Assembly: GCA_965219955.1 (NCBI GenBank) | Contig: OZ244799.1 | Coordinates: 2,752,001-2,816,000 of the forward strand | Source of the DNA: a bacterium | GTDB lineage: Bacteria > UBA8248 | Reading direction: 5' to 3' | Length of the DNA: 64,000 bases | Shown here: piece after piece, positions 18,906-28,029 of the stretch | How positions within the stretch are numbered: position 1 is the stretch's first letter | How the letters are laid out: every line of letters starts with the position of its first letter | Program-made: the position numbers and the translations under genes | Notes under the pieces: generated by a model | Seen by the model: the letters and a program-made list of their open reading frames with translations, nothing else | Databases searched by the model: none | Told to the model about the DNA's origin: nothing

Positions 18906-21752
18906 ATGAATAAACAACGCAATCGCGAAGAAGTGGTTAACACGCAACTTGCGTTATTGATCTCAGAACTCGGCGTCACAGCGGACGCTGAAACGATTCA
19001 AGTTCATGGTAAGCACCGTCCCGATGTCTTGTTCCAACTTCGCGGCTTGCGAATTGTCATTGAAGGTAAATTCCAAGATACGCCGAACGCCGAACAAGTC
19101 GTTCTGGACGATGCTCGAAAACGAGTTTGCGCGGGCATTGCGCATATTGCGGCCGCGACTGTTTATCCTGATCAATTACGAACAACCCCAACTACCAAGA
19201 TAATTGATACCTTGACAGATGCGCGACTTCGTTATCGGCTCGTTACTGAAACTTTCGAGAGTGAAAATTGGTTCGAAGGAAATCCCGCATCACTGATGGA
19301 GGCCCTCCGCAGAGCACAAGAGTCACTTACACAAAACGACATAGTTGAAAAAACAGCCAAAGCGCTTTCGATTCACCTTGAAAGCATCTCGAAGCTCTGG
19401 ATTGGTCAACCTGGCTCCTGCGACCGCCTGTCGAGATTGTTAGGAACTCCCATCCCGATAAATGAAAAGCCGAAAGCAACATCCGAAAGGCGTGAAACTA
19501 CTGCAAAGGTGTCGGCTCTCGTGCTGGCGAACGCTTTCATATTCCAAGAGCAGTTGGCATTAAATGATGAGCGCGTAGATACACTTCGGAAATTAGCGAA
19601 GAATGACGACATTATTGAAGCTACATCGGAACATTGGCGCTGGATTTGGGAAAACATAAACTACACTCCCATCTTCCAGCTTGGGGAACGTATACTTGAT
19701 GAACTACCAGCATTTGCAGGCACTACCAGGATTGTTCAATCTCTCCTCGACGCAGCACAAAAAATCTGCACCGAACAAGCTGCATTGCGTCATGACCTGA
19801 TGGGACGAATTTATCACTGGTTGCTCCACGACGCAAAATATCTTGGCACGTACTATACATCTGTCCCGGCGGCGACTCTGTTGTTGAAAGTTGCTCTGGA
19901 TCTCAAGTGGCCTCATGACTTCGGTAGTGCTCGGGAACTTGCGGACTTCAAAGCCGCAGATCTCGCATGTGGTACTGGAACTCTACTTATGGCCGCCGCA
20001 CAAGCCCTCACCGACAATTTTATTAAAACTCGCGCAGGGGACGACCGAAGCATCGATACGAAAGACTTGTCTGTACTTCATAGTACACTGATGCAAAATG
20101 TCGTCCACGGATATGACATACTGCCGTCTGCGGTACACCTGACAGCATCGACCCTCGCTCTGCTCGCCCCAGAGGTCGCGTTTCGGCAAATGAACCTGTT
20201 CGTTATGCCTGTTGGTATGGATCACGGGAACGCGCGACTAGGTAGCCTAGATTTTCTTTCCGGCAGTGAGATTAAAACACAATTTACTCTGGACAACACT
20301 CACTTAGACACTGTTAGAACAGGGGCAGCAGAATCCGCATTTACTAATGCCCAAATTCCTAATCTTGACCTTTGCGTCATGAATCCACCCTTCGTCAGTA
20401 GCCGTTACGGAAATCGGCTTTTCGGCTCACTGCCAGAGGATAGACCCAAACTCCAGAAAGCACTCTCGAAAGAGGCCAAGAAAATCGGTATCCACACGAC
20501 CGCTGGACTTGGCGCTTTATTCGTTCCGTTGGCAGACAAACACACGAAACCAGGTGGCCGTATTGCGTTCGTTCTGCCAATAGCTCTCGCAACCGGAGAA
20601 GCGTGGGGTCCTGTTCGGAAGTTTATAGTCGAACGATATCATCTCGAAGTCGTCATCACGAGCCACGATCCGTTACGCACCAATTTCTCGGAAAACACTG
20701 AATTATCTGAACTTTTATTCATGGCCCGTAAGCTGAAGCGTGGCGAAAAGGCTGGTTCCACCTACTATGTCAAATTGCGTCGAAATCCCGCCACTATTCA
20801 CGAAGCCCTTGACCTTGCAGATCGAATTTCGACTGGAATCAAGAAGATAAGCGATCAGAATAAACCTGTAACTATTCGCTCTGCGGCAAGAGTTTTGGGG
20901 GAGATCGCAAACCTTCCTAGACCGCATAACAAAGACAATTGGACGAGCGCTATATTCTATCAACATTATCTATTCCAAGTTCATTGGGCACTGGACAAGA
21001 ATTCACTTTTGTCAATCCCCGGCGAATTATCGCAACAACCCATTCCACTTTGTCGTCTCGATGCTCTAGGCGAACTTGGCTATGACGTTCGAGATATTTT
21101 TGACGCCTTTGATGTTGACCGGTCTGCGTCACAGTGGACTCCTTATCCTGCATTTTGGAACCATGACGCCAAACGGGTGTTTCAAATCACCCAAGCGCCA
21201 AATGCTTTCCTAATATCTCGAACGAAGCCAATCGAAGGGCGCAAGCTCAAAAGCGCCACGGCGGTTTGGGCAAAGGCGGGCAAGATTCTATTGGTGTCAA
21301 GACTTTGGCCAATAACGCAAAAGGTGCTTGCTACTGGTTTCAACACAAAAGTGCTTGGCAATACTTGGTGGGCCTTCGATACCGCAAATCTTTCCATCAA
21401 ACAGAGCCAAGCACTGTTACTTTGGATGAACTCAACGCTTGGCTTGCTATTCTACTATGGGAGAAGAGCAATAACCCGAAGTGCTTGGATGCAGATGAAG
21501 AAACCCGCATGGGAATCAATGTTGGTGCTAGACGTTCGGAATTTGAACACAGAACAACTCGATATGCTGTCCACGACTTATAAAATCGTGTCGAAAGAAA
21601 CCTTGCAACCACTCGCACAACTCGACTGCGATCCGGTTCGAATTCAAATTGATGAGGCTCTCTGCAAAACACTCGAATTGCCATCACTCAATCCGATCCG
21701 TGAACTTTTGGTTCGAGAACCTGGCCTTACCGGGTCAGATTCAGACGCCTGA
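18906..21752 (+). CDS. Fused restriction endonuclease-adenine methyltransferase (type IIG-like)
   Basis: N-terminal RPDV...IEGK (PD-(D/E)xK), LGTYYTS, motif I DLACGTG, motif IV NPPF, C-terminal TRD-like region. Confidence 0.85.
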   Translation: MNKQRNREEVVNTQLALLISELGVTADAETIQVHGKHRPDVLFQLRGLRIVIEGKFQDTPNAEQVVLDDARKRVCAGIAHIAAATVYPDQLRTTPTTKIIDTLTDARLRYRLVTETFESENWFEGNPASLMEALRRAQESLTQNDIVEKTAKALSIHLESISKLWIGQPGSCDRLSRLLGTPIPINEKPKATSERRETTAKVSALVLANAFIFQEQLALNDERVDTLRKLAKNDDIIEATSEHWRWIWENINYTPIFQLGERILDELPAFAGTTRIVQSLLDAAQKICTEQAALRHDLMGRIYHWLLHDAKYLGTYYTSVPAATLLLKVALDLKWPHDFGSARELADFKAADLACGTGTLLMAAAQALTDNFIKTRAGDDRSIDTKDLSVLHSTLMQNVVHGYDILPSAVHLTASTLALLAPEVAFRQMNLFVMPVGMDHGNARLGSLDFLSGSEIKTQFTLDNTHLDTVRTGAAESAFTNAQIPNLDLCVMNPPFVSSRYGNRLFGSLPEDRPKLQKALSKEAKKIGIHTTAGLGALFVPLADKHTKPGGRIAFVLPIALATGEAWGPVRKFIVERYHLEVVITSHDPLRTNFSENTELSELLFMARKLKRGEKAGSTYYVKLRRNPATIHEALDLADRISTGIKKISDQNKPVTIRSAARVLGEIANLPRPHNKDNWTSAIFYQHYLFQVHWALDKNSLLSIPGELSQQPIPLCRLDALGELGYDVRDIFDAFDVDRSASQWTPYPAFWNHDAKRVFQITQAPNAFLISRTKPIEGRKLKSATAVWAKAGKILLVSRLWPITQKVLATGFNTKVLGNTWWAFDTANLSIKQSQALLLWMNSTLGLLFYYGRRAITRSAWMQMKKPAWESMLVLDVRNLNTEQLDMLSTTYKIVSKETLQPLAQLDCDPVRIQIDEALCKTLELPSLNPIRELLVREPGLTGSDSDA

Positions 21753-22107
21753 GGAAGGTGTTGCAGCAATGAATGAAACCGATTTCGAATTGGTTCGGGG
21801 AAGCGGAAACGTCTTTTGAAATATCAGCGACCCTCATGCGGATTTAAAGTATGCCAAAGTGGTGCTCGACGAACGAAATTTCATGGTACTAAGGCCGCGA
21901 GCATGATCGGATTAATCTCAGCGGATTTCTCGTATAAGCAACACGGCTCTCGGGGGCTCACATTAGCTCGGCTTATGATTCTTCGCTACTGTGGACAGTT
22001 CTCTCTCAGGCTGGCCTCAAAGAAACTATCTGGGATCAAATCACTACTTCTTTAGTATATCCGGACAGTGTTCTGAGGTGCCCGAAGAAAAACAGCGCGT
22101 GAAAAAC

Positions 22108-22491
22108 TCATTCGGAAGTACTTTCCGCGAGTGAATTCTGCGACTCACGGGCGTCTTTCATGGTCCGGTCGAGTTCATTCTTGCGTCCTTCGCGCACCAA
22201 TTCATCCCGCTTCAGCGTGGAAAGAAGGTAAACCCCGCGATAGATCCGCTCTATCTGGGCTCCAATTTCAGGTGGAAACCCCGTAGAATTTGCGGTCAGC
22301 TTGCCCGTAGCGAAACTCAATGCGGCATGGCGAACGAGTTCGGCAGCCGTCATTCCGCGCTCCCTGGCCTCCTTTTCAATGCAAGTCCACTCGGAATCGG
22401 AGAACCGGATCGAGCGTGGCGAACGCGATTCACCGTGTTTATCATCGGAATTCTCGCTGGAATCGCCGGCGATGGAATGGTTTTCGGTCAT
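22108..22491 (-). CDS. Ribbon-helix-helix protein, probable relaxosome accessory factor
   Basis: RSIRFSDSEW..IEKEARERGMTAAELVRHAAL. Adjacent to the nic site; homolog at 37259-37645. Confidence 0.75.
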   Translation of the reverse strand: MTENHSIAGDSSENSDDKHGESRSPRSIRFSDSEWTCIEKEARERGMTAAELVRHAALSFATGKLTANSTGFPPEIGAQIERIYRGVYLLSTLKRDELVREGRKNELDRTMKDARESQNSLAESTSE

Positions 22492-22720
22492 GTTTTGCCT
22501 CCAATGGTTCGATTTTTTCAGCCGGGAAATCGCCGGTATCGTTGCATTTACGGATCAAATCCGGTCGCTCTGGGCACAGATTCATTTGTAAGCTCATAGC
22601 ACACATATTTAGGAAATACTATGTCCAGCGTATGCCATAAGCATACGCCCCTTGTGAAGCACAAGGAATTCAATGGGATACGGGCGTGTTACGTCGTAAT
22701 ACGCTCTCCCAGCGAAAGCG

Positions 22721-22806
22721 GGGCGGTATTTGAGGGCGTTTGAGCAAGGAACGACATGCCTAGCGCACGATTGACCTGCACCCCGCAGCCCGCTGCGTGG
22801 GGTGTG
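22721..22806 (+). other. oriT of the inner element; predicted nic between 22805 and 22806
   Basis: CGCAGC-CC-GCTGCG inverted repeat running into TGCGTGGGGTGT, the F-plasmid nic-proximal 12-mer. The ~85-bp non-coding block is conserved at 36942-37027. Confidence 0.8.
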
Positions 22807-23084
22807 AAATCCGAAGCGCCGAAGGGCGGCTAACGGCGGATTCCTGGGAACGAGCGACAGGGAAATTTTCGCCGGAGAGGATGGCTAGCGGGAGCCGTCG
22901 CGGCGATTGAGCGGACAGAGCGAGGGGTAAGGAGGTGTGAGGGCGCTGGAACTTGCGCCTGGATTCACAAGCGGCGGGAGCACGGGGCGCTGCATCTTGC
23001 GCTTTACATCACAAGCAGACGAACGACACGGGAAGCAACGAGCCGCGTCGCCGGGGCGACGACGCGACTCGTCGAGCGTTCACG

Positions 23085-24017
23085 TCACGCTACTTTTTGA
23101 ACGGGGATGCCGAGGCTTCGGGCTTTGTCGACGAGGTTGTCCGTGATGCCCGAACCGGGGAACGCGACCACGCCCTTGGGGAGGAGGGAGAGCAGCTCGT
23201 CGTTGCGCCGGAAAGGAGCCGCACGTCCATGCGCATCCCAATCCGGCTTGCAGACGATCTGGTGGACGCCGTTGCGCTCGGCCCAGCCGGCTGCAATCTT
23301 CTCGGCGCCGGGGCCGCCGCCGTGGACGAGGACGACGTCGGCGTACTTGGCCTTGACCTTGTTGAGATGCGCGATGATTTTGCCCGCGTCGCCGGCCTCC
23401 TTTCCGCCCGCGACGGCGACGAGTGTTCCCTGCGGCAAGTGCGCGGTGTTCTCGCGGTCCTTTTTCGCGCGCTGGAAGTCTCGCGCCTCGATTACCGCAG
23501 AGGTCAGCTTGCCGGTCTGGGAGACGTGCGATCCTCTCCTGGGCCGCCATACCTCGCCGGTCTCGACGCGGTAGGCCTCTGCGGCGGCGTCACGGAGTTG
23601 TTCAAAAGCATCACGCCGAGCATTAAAGTTTTGCGCCCGGTCGGTCGCGAGTTCGAGTTCGCGGGACCTGATTTCGGAGCCGTCCTGCTCGCGCTGCATT
23701 TCGCGGATGCCGGGGATGAGCTTGTCGGCGGCGCGGTCGAGGCGCTGTGTCTGGGCGTCGAGGGTGTTGACGAAACCCCACAGGAGGTTTCTTCGCTCGT
23801 CGGCCAGCTGCGTGCCGTCGGGTGCTGCCTCGGCGAGCAGGTGGAATGCCTTGAGGACGGCGGCGGTGGATTCCGCCTCGCCCCAGACGGGCCGGTTGTC
23901 GAACTCGTCCGGTCCGGGGGTCGCGCCGAAGAGTGCTGCCTGTTCGCAGACCATGGCGGTGAAGGATTCGTTCTGCGCTTCGTGCTCTGCGTACTCGTGA
24001 ATTGCGGTGGCAGTCAT
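23085..24017 (-). CDS. DUF2493 (YspA-related SLOG) domain protein
   Basis: VAVAGG, VLVHGG.PGAE, PDW..HGRAAPFRRNDELL and AFPGSGIT motifs after a helical N-terminal domain. Confidence 0.8.
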   Translation of the reverse strand: MTATAIHEYAEHEAQNESFTAMVCEQAALFGATPGPDEFDNRPVWGEAESTAAVLKAFHLLAEAAPDGTQLADERRNLLWGFVNTLDAQTQRLDRAADKLIPGIREMQREQDGSEIRSRELELATDRAQNFNARRDAFEQLRDAAAEAYRVETGEVWRPRRGSHVSQTGKLTSAVIEARDFQRAKKDRENTAHLPQGTLVAVAGGKEAGDAGKIIAHLNKVKAKYADVVLVHGGGPGAEKIAAGWAERNGVHQIVCKPDWDAHGRAAPFRRNDELLSLLPKGVVAFPGSGITDNLVDKARSLGIPVQKVA

Positions 24018-24038
24018 TGTTCACTCCTTTGGTTGTCC

Positions 24039-24410
24039 TCAGGCGAGGGGATGGTTGAATTCGGGAAGAGCGTAGCCACGCTCGTTGCGCCCCACTTCTT
24101 TGGGCATCTCGTCGAGATACCTGGCGGCCCACTCGGCGGCGCGCGCGAGTACGTCGCCGTGGCACGGGAGGGGATGGCAGTGGCAGCCGAGTTCGCAGCC
24201 CTGGAGGTCGGCGAGTTCGTAGAGGTTGACCTCCTCCTGCCGGATTTTTCTCCAGAGCCATCGCCGGTATTTTTCAATCACCTCGGCGCGCTCGCCGTCC
24301 TGGCCGACCCGGAAGGGATTTCCCCACTTCGTCGCTCGGTCGATCCTTACCAGCAATCCACTGCCGATATCCGCAACGTAGTCGTTCAGGTTCACCACGG
24401 TGGTTTCCAT
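24039..24410 (-). CDS. DUF4326 domain protein
   Basis: IDR.TKWGNPF, VIEKYR.WL and LGCHCHPLPCHGDVL motifs. Confidence 0.85.
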   Translation of the reverse strand: METTVVNLNDYVADIGSGLLVRIDRATKWGNPFRVGQDGERAEVIEKYRRWLWRKIRQEEVNLYELADLQGCELGCHCHPLPCHGDVLARAAEWAARYLDEMPKEVGRNERGYALPEFNHPLA

Positions 24411-24446
24411 GCCTTTCTCCTTTCCAGAGAGTTAACGGATGCGCTT

Positions 24447-24670
24447 CTTAGCGTCCCATTTTCAGCACGTAAGGGCATCGGGTTTTCGATGCCCGTAGGC
24501 GAGCGAATCAAGGGCTTGTCATTTTCCGGGGGGTACCCGAAAAACACGGTTCATAGAGCGGTGCTCCTGTTTTTCGCCGCTCGACGTTTTTTGGGGGGCA
24601 CCGGCAAATGATGGCCGCTTGCGGCCACCCTTTATTCGCTCGGCGTTCGTGCTAAAATGGGAGCGCTAAG
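24447..24670 (+). promoter_or_regulatory. Frpo-like ssDNA promoter hairpin (inner)
   Basis: Arms 24447-24514 and 24628-24670 are complementary once an internal hairpin (24473-24494) is extruded. One arm carries TTTATT-N16-TAAAAT with extended TG. Confidence 0.6.
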
Positions 24671-24965
24671 AGAGAGAGGGTAGTATCGCCACCGGGACAC
24701 AAGAGCCTCTGGTGTTTCACGATGAAGGCGAAGCTCATCGGGAAACAGTCTCTCATGCTGCGGAAAGGGTCATTTCGGGCCGTTTTTCCGGCCCGAAATT
24801 CCCGCAGCGGGGGGTAGATCGAGCCACTATCTTAAATTTGGAGTGATTGCAGGCGCAGACCGATCTTCCGTGAACACGGTTCAACGTTCACGGAACCGGA
24901 GGATTTACCGGGTGTTCCCGGTAGAGGAGAGAGCCGACAGGGTGGACCTTCTCTGGATAGCGGGC
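24671..24965. ncRNA. Candidate structured RNA or ssDNA element (multi-hairpin)
   Basis: Non-coding, highly conserved with 34855-35150, with several strong hairpins. Identity unknown. Confidence 0.35.
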
Positions 24966-25001
24966 AAAAGAAAAGGGGTCGACGCGCGAGGCGCCGACCC
25001 C
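24966..25001 (-). terminator. Intrinsic terminator after ssb
   Basis: GGGGTCG...CGACCCC stem followed by TTTTCTTTT on the minus strand. Confidence 0.75.
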
Positions 25002-25009
25002 TTGTGAGC

Positions 25010-25444
25010 CTAGAACGGAATTTCGCTGTCTGCTCCATCGACTGTCGCCGCCACAGCCGCCGTCTCGGCGTGCGCGCCGTTTCCGTTCCCGTTCGCCTTC
25101 TCGAGGAACTGGATTCTCCCGCCGGGCGCGATGAGGATCTCGGTCGAGAACCGGTCCGAGTCCTCATCATCCTTCTTCCAGCGGCGGGTCTGCAATTTGC
25201 CGGCCACGTAGACCAGGCGGCCCTTCTTCGCGTGGCGTTCGAGCATGTCGACGAGGCCGGGCTGGAAGGTGACGATCCGGTGCCACTCGGTCTTGTCCAC
25301 CCGGTCGCCGGATTGCCGGTCCACGTAGCCCTCATCGGTGGCGATGGAAAGATTCGCGACGCGCCCGCCGCTCGTGAGATGGTTGATGGTGACGTCGGCG
25401 CCGAGACGCCCGATCAGTTCCGCCCTGTTGAGTCCGAATGCCAT
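25010..25444 (-). CDS. ssb: Single-stranded DNA-binding protein (intact)
   Basis: Complete OB fold and acidic DSEIPF tail; AAGGAG RBS. Confidence 0.95.
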   Translation of the reverse strand: MAFGLNRAELIGRLGADVTINHLTSGGRVANLSIATDEGYVDRQSGDRVDKTEWHRIVTFQPGLVDMLERHAKKGRLVYVAGKLQTRRWKKDDEDSDRFSTEILIAPGGRIQFLEKANGNGNGAHAETAAVAATVDGADSEIPF

Positions 25445-25520
25445 TGTAATACTCCTTCATGGTGTGAGTGAGAAAAAGTGACGGGAGAGAGAGCCTTTCT
25501 CTCCACCCCCCCGGTTCGCC

Positions 25521-25646
25521 CTACACGCTGCAAAACTCCTCCTCGCCCCCCGTCTCTTCGCGTATCTTGCGGATCGTGTACGCGTCGAGCCCGAGTTCTG
25601 CGAGCAGTTCGTCCGTGGTGGGAACGTCGACGTCATTCTCGTACAT
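25521..25646 (-). CDS. 41-aa acidic peptide upstream of ssb
   Basis: MYENDVDVPTTDELLAELGLDAYTIRKIREETGGEEEFCSV; AGGAGG RBS; homolog of 2554-2685. Confidence 0.75.
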   Translation of the reverse strand: MYENDVDVPTTDELLAELGLDAYTIRKIREETGGEEEFCSV

Positions 25647-25852
25647 GGCCAGGCCTCCTGTCGGGGTTGTCGCCGGCACGGGAGGGAGACCGTCTCCCTC
25701 TCCCCTCCGGGCGTATCGCCCGGCTCCCCGCTTCCCTCTACCTCTCCCGTGGAGGTCCTCATCCGGTGAGGAACGTTCGCCGACACTCCCGGGACTTGCC
25801 TTTGCCGTGGATTCGTGTCAGACAGCGCGCGGACATGAGGAAGGGAGGAGGT

Positions 25853-26308
25853 ATGGAACGACTCCGGTTCCGGATTCCGGCGCTGTTGTGGCTGCCGGCG
25901 GGGATTGTCACCGAAGAGGTTCTGCGCACGGGGTCCGCGCAGGGGATGATGACACTGCTCGCCGCCCCGGAGTTGCTGTCCGCAGCAGCGTGCGGCGTCC
26001 CGCTCGCGCTCGCCTGCAGGCGTCTTTCCCGCTCGGGGTATCCAGGCCCCGCCCTGGTGGCGTGGTTGCTGCTCGGCGCCGCCGCAATGGTGAGCTTCGC
26101 CGGTGCGTTCCCCGCAGGCGTTCAGGCGGTACTGGCCTCCCTTCCGGTATGGGCCGTGGTATGGCGTCTCGAGCGGCGGCCGAGCCGGCTGGAATTCGCT
26201 CCCTCGTCCGAATGGCGCGGGCGCGGAGGTTCGCTCGCCCGGTTCATGCTGCGTGCGTTGAGCGCTCCCGAAGCCCCCCGCCGATACCGCCTCCGGCGGA
26301 CCTCCTGA
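25853..26308 (+). CDS. Small membrane protein
   Basis: GGAGG RBS, hydrophobic; diverged homolog of 2008-2367. Confidence 0.6.
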   Translation: MERLRFRIPALLWLPAGIVTEEVLRTGSAQGMMTLLAAPELLSAAACGVPLALACRRLSRSGYPGPALVAWLLLGAAAMVSFAGAFPAGVQAVLASLPVWAVVWRLERRPSRLEFAPSSEWRGRGGSLARFMLRALSAPEAPRRYRLRRTS

Positions 26309-26408
26309 CGGCGCCGGGCCGGCTGCGGAGCAGGGCGGCGGCGTACCCTCCCCCCGGCCCGTTCCCCCCGCCGGCGGCCGGCCGGCTACACGTGTGACGG
26401 CAGCCCGG

Positions 26409-27218
26409 CTAACGACCTGTGAGCGCCGCCATCCAGGAGCTCTCCTCGACGACCTCCACCTCATCGCGGGAGAGTTTTTCGAAGGCGAGGCACATCGCCA
26501 CCTCCTCCCATGAGTCCAGTGGCCCGTGCTCGATGCCCGTTTTGAGTTCGACTATGGTGAAGCGCGGCGGAAGGACCGGCATCCCCTTGTGCTCGCCTGA
26601 TGAGTGGTATGAGCGCACTGCGCACGGGGCGCATCTGGCGGCTCCATCGCTTGGGGATTGGCAGTCGACACACACGCCGCGTGCCCGCCTGCCGCGATAG
26701 CGCGTCCTGCTCGCGGCGTTCTTTTGCGGACGGCGCTTCACGTCCCTTGCGGCGCACGAAGCGCACGTCGAAGCCCCATCGCCGGTTTCCGCCCCGCATC
26801 TTCCGCAAAGTCCCCTGGCGCGCCTTTTCTCGTAAAGGGCCCGCTCCGCCGCGCGCCTCGCCTCCCGGCAGGCCTCACAGACGGCGCCGCCCTCTGCGGG
26901 TTTTCGTTTTCCGCAGCGCGGGCACAAGCCGGCCTCGAGGCGCTCGCGCCTTCGCTTCCCCGCCCTCTCGCGCGCCATGCGGCGGCGGCTTTCGGGATTG
27001 CGGCCGCCGTATTGCGCTCCCTCGAGTTTTCCCTTGAGGTATCGGGCGCGCTCGGCGGCCCGGCTTCTTTCCAGGCAGGCCTCGCAAAGACTTCGCCCGG
27101 ACGCAGGGCGTCTGCGTCCGCATTTGACGCATTTGCCCAGCGCGCGGCGCTCGGCCGTCCTGCGCCTGTGGCGTTCGCGCTCGTATTCGCGTCGTCTTTC
27201 AATATCCCTGTGGGGCAT
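26409..27218 (-). CDS. Poly-zinc-finger protein (4 x C4)
   Basis: All 16 finger cysteines conserved with 1105-1917; shared SSGEHKG and DSWEEVAMCLAFEKLSR. Confidence 0.8.
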   Translation of the reverse strand: MPHRDIERRREYERERHRRRTAERRALGKCVKCGRRRPASGRSLCEACLERSRAAERARYLKGKLEGAQYGGRNPESRRRMARERAGKRRRERLEAGLCPRCGKRKPAEGGAVCEACREARRAAERALYEKRRARGLCGRCGAETGDGASTCASCAARDVKRRPQKNAASRTRYRGRRARGVCVDCQSPSDGAARCAPCAVRSYHSSGEHKGMPVLPPRFTIVELKTGIEHGPLDSWEEVAMCLAFEKLSRDEVEVVEESSWMAALTGR

Positions 27219-27294
27219 GGTTTTCTCCGGGTGTCGGTGAAGTCGTTCGGACGGCGAGACGTCTTGCGGGCGGAAGTCCTCCCGGGGGAGTTCC

Positions 27295-27591
27295 TCACCG
27301 GCACAGCATGCGGGCCCAGACGAGGTGCTCGCCCCACAGCTGCAGCCCGCTTCCGGGGACCTTGAGCCCCGTGCAGACGATGAGTTCGTCGCACGCGGGC
27401 CGCATCTCGCGCACCGCCCGGCGCGAGGCCGTCACGCGCTTTCCCTTGCGTTCGCCCGCCTCTGCCGGTGGGAGGGGCCTGATGTCGCCGTCGGCGGACC
27501 TGTAGCGCTTCACTTCGTAGCGCTCATCCGCCAGGCCTTGAGCGAGGAGATGGGTGAGGAAGGTGTCCGCTTCTCTTCGGGGTCTACGCAT
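27295..27591 (-). CDS. Conserved hypothetical backbone protein (98 aa)
   Basis: AAGGAGG RBS; homolog of 775-1089. Confidence 0.72.
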   Translation of the reverse strand: MRRPRREADTFLTHLLAQGLADERYEVKRYRSADGDIRPLPPAEAGERKGKRVTASRRAVREMRPACDELIVCTGLKVPGSGLQLWGEHLVWARMLCR

Positions 27592-28029
27592 CGCGCGCCT
27601 CCTTTACGGGGTGGATGGGGGCGGCGGGAACGAGCCTCTCGCGGACTCTCCCCCCGCCGCCCCCTCCCGGCCAGGCTCCGCCTCTTTCCGGCGCGAAGCG
27701 AGTTTTTCAAGGGGCGTGCGCGATGAACGACCGCCCGGTCCCCGGGGCGTTCGCCGCCATGTGAGGCGCGCTGCCATACTGATAACCATCTCCGGGACTT
27801 GCGCCGTTATCACCCCGCCAGCGAAAGATAACGACAAGGTCGTCAGTGATACTTGAGCTGTAGAAAACGATGACTTTCCAGAGAAACAAGGCACGCTATA
27901 AGCTCATCTGGAATATGCGAAGCCTGTTGCCCGATACCGGGGTTCTCCTGTAAATTCGCCCGTTGTTCGTGAGGTATTCAAGAATCGGATATGCCCCGTG
28001 CATCGACTCAGCGTAGTGCCTGAATCGAA

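Noticed and set aside
22953-24611. 552-aa plus-strand ORF (and the 523-aa ORF at 35186-36757)
   Set aside because: Antisense to DUF2493/DUF4326; its conservation follows from the real genes.
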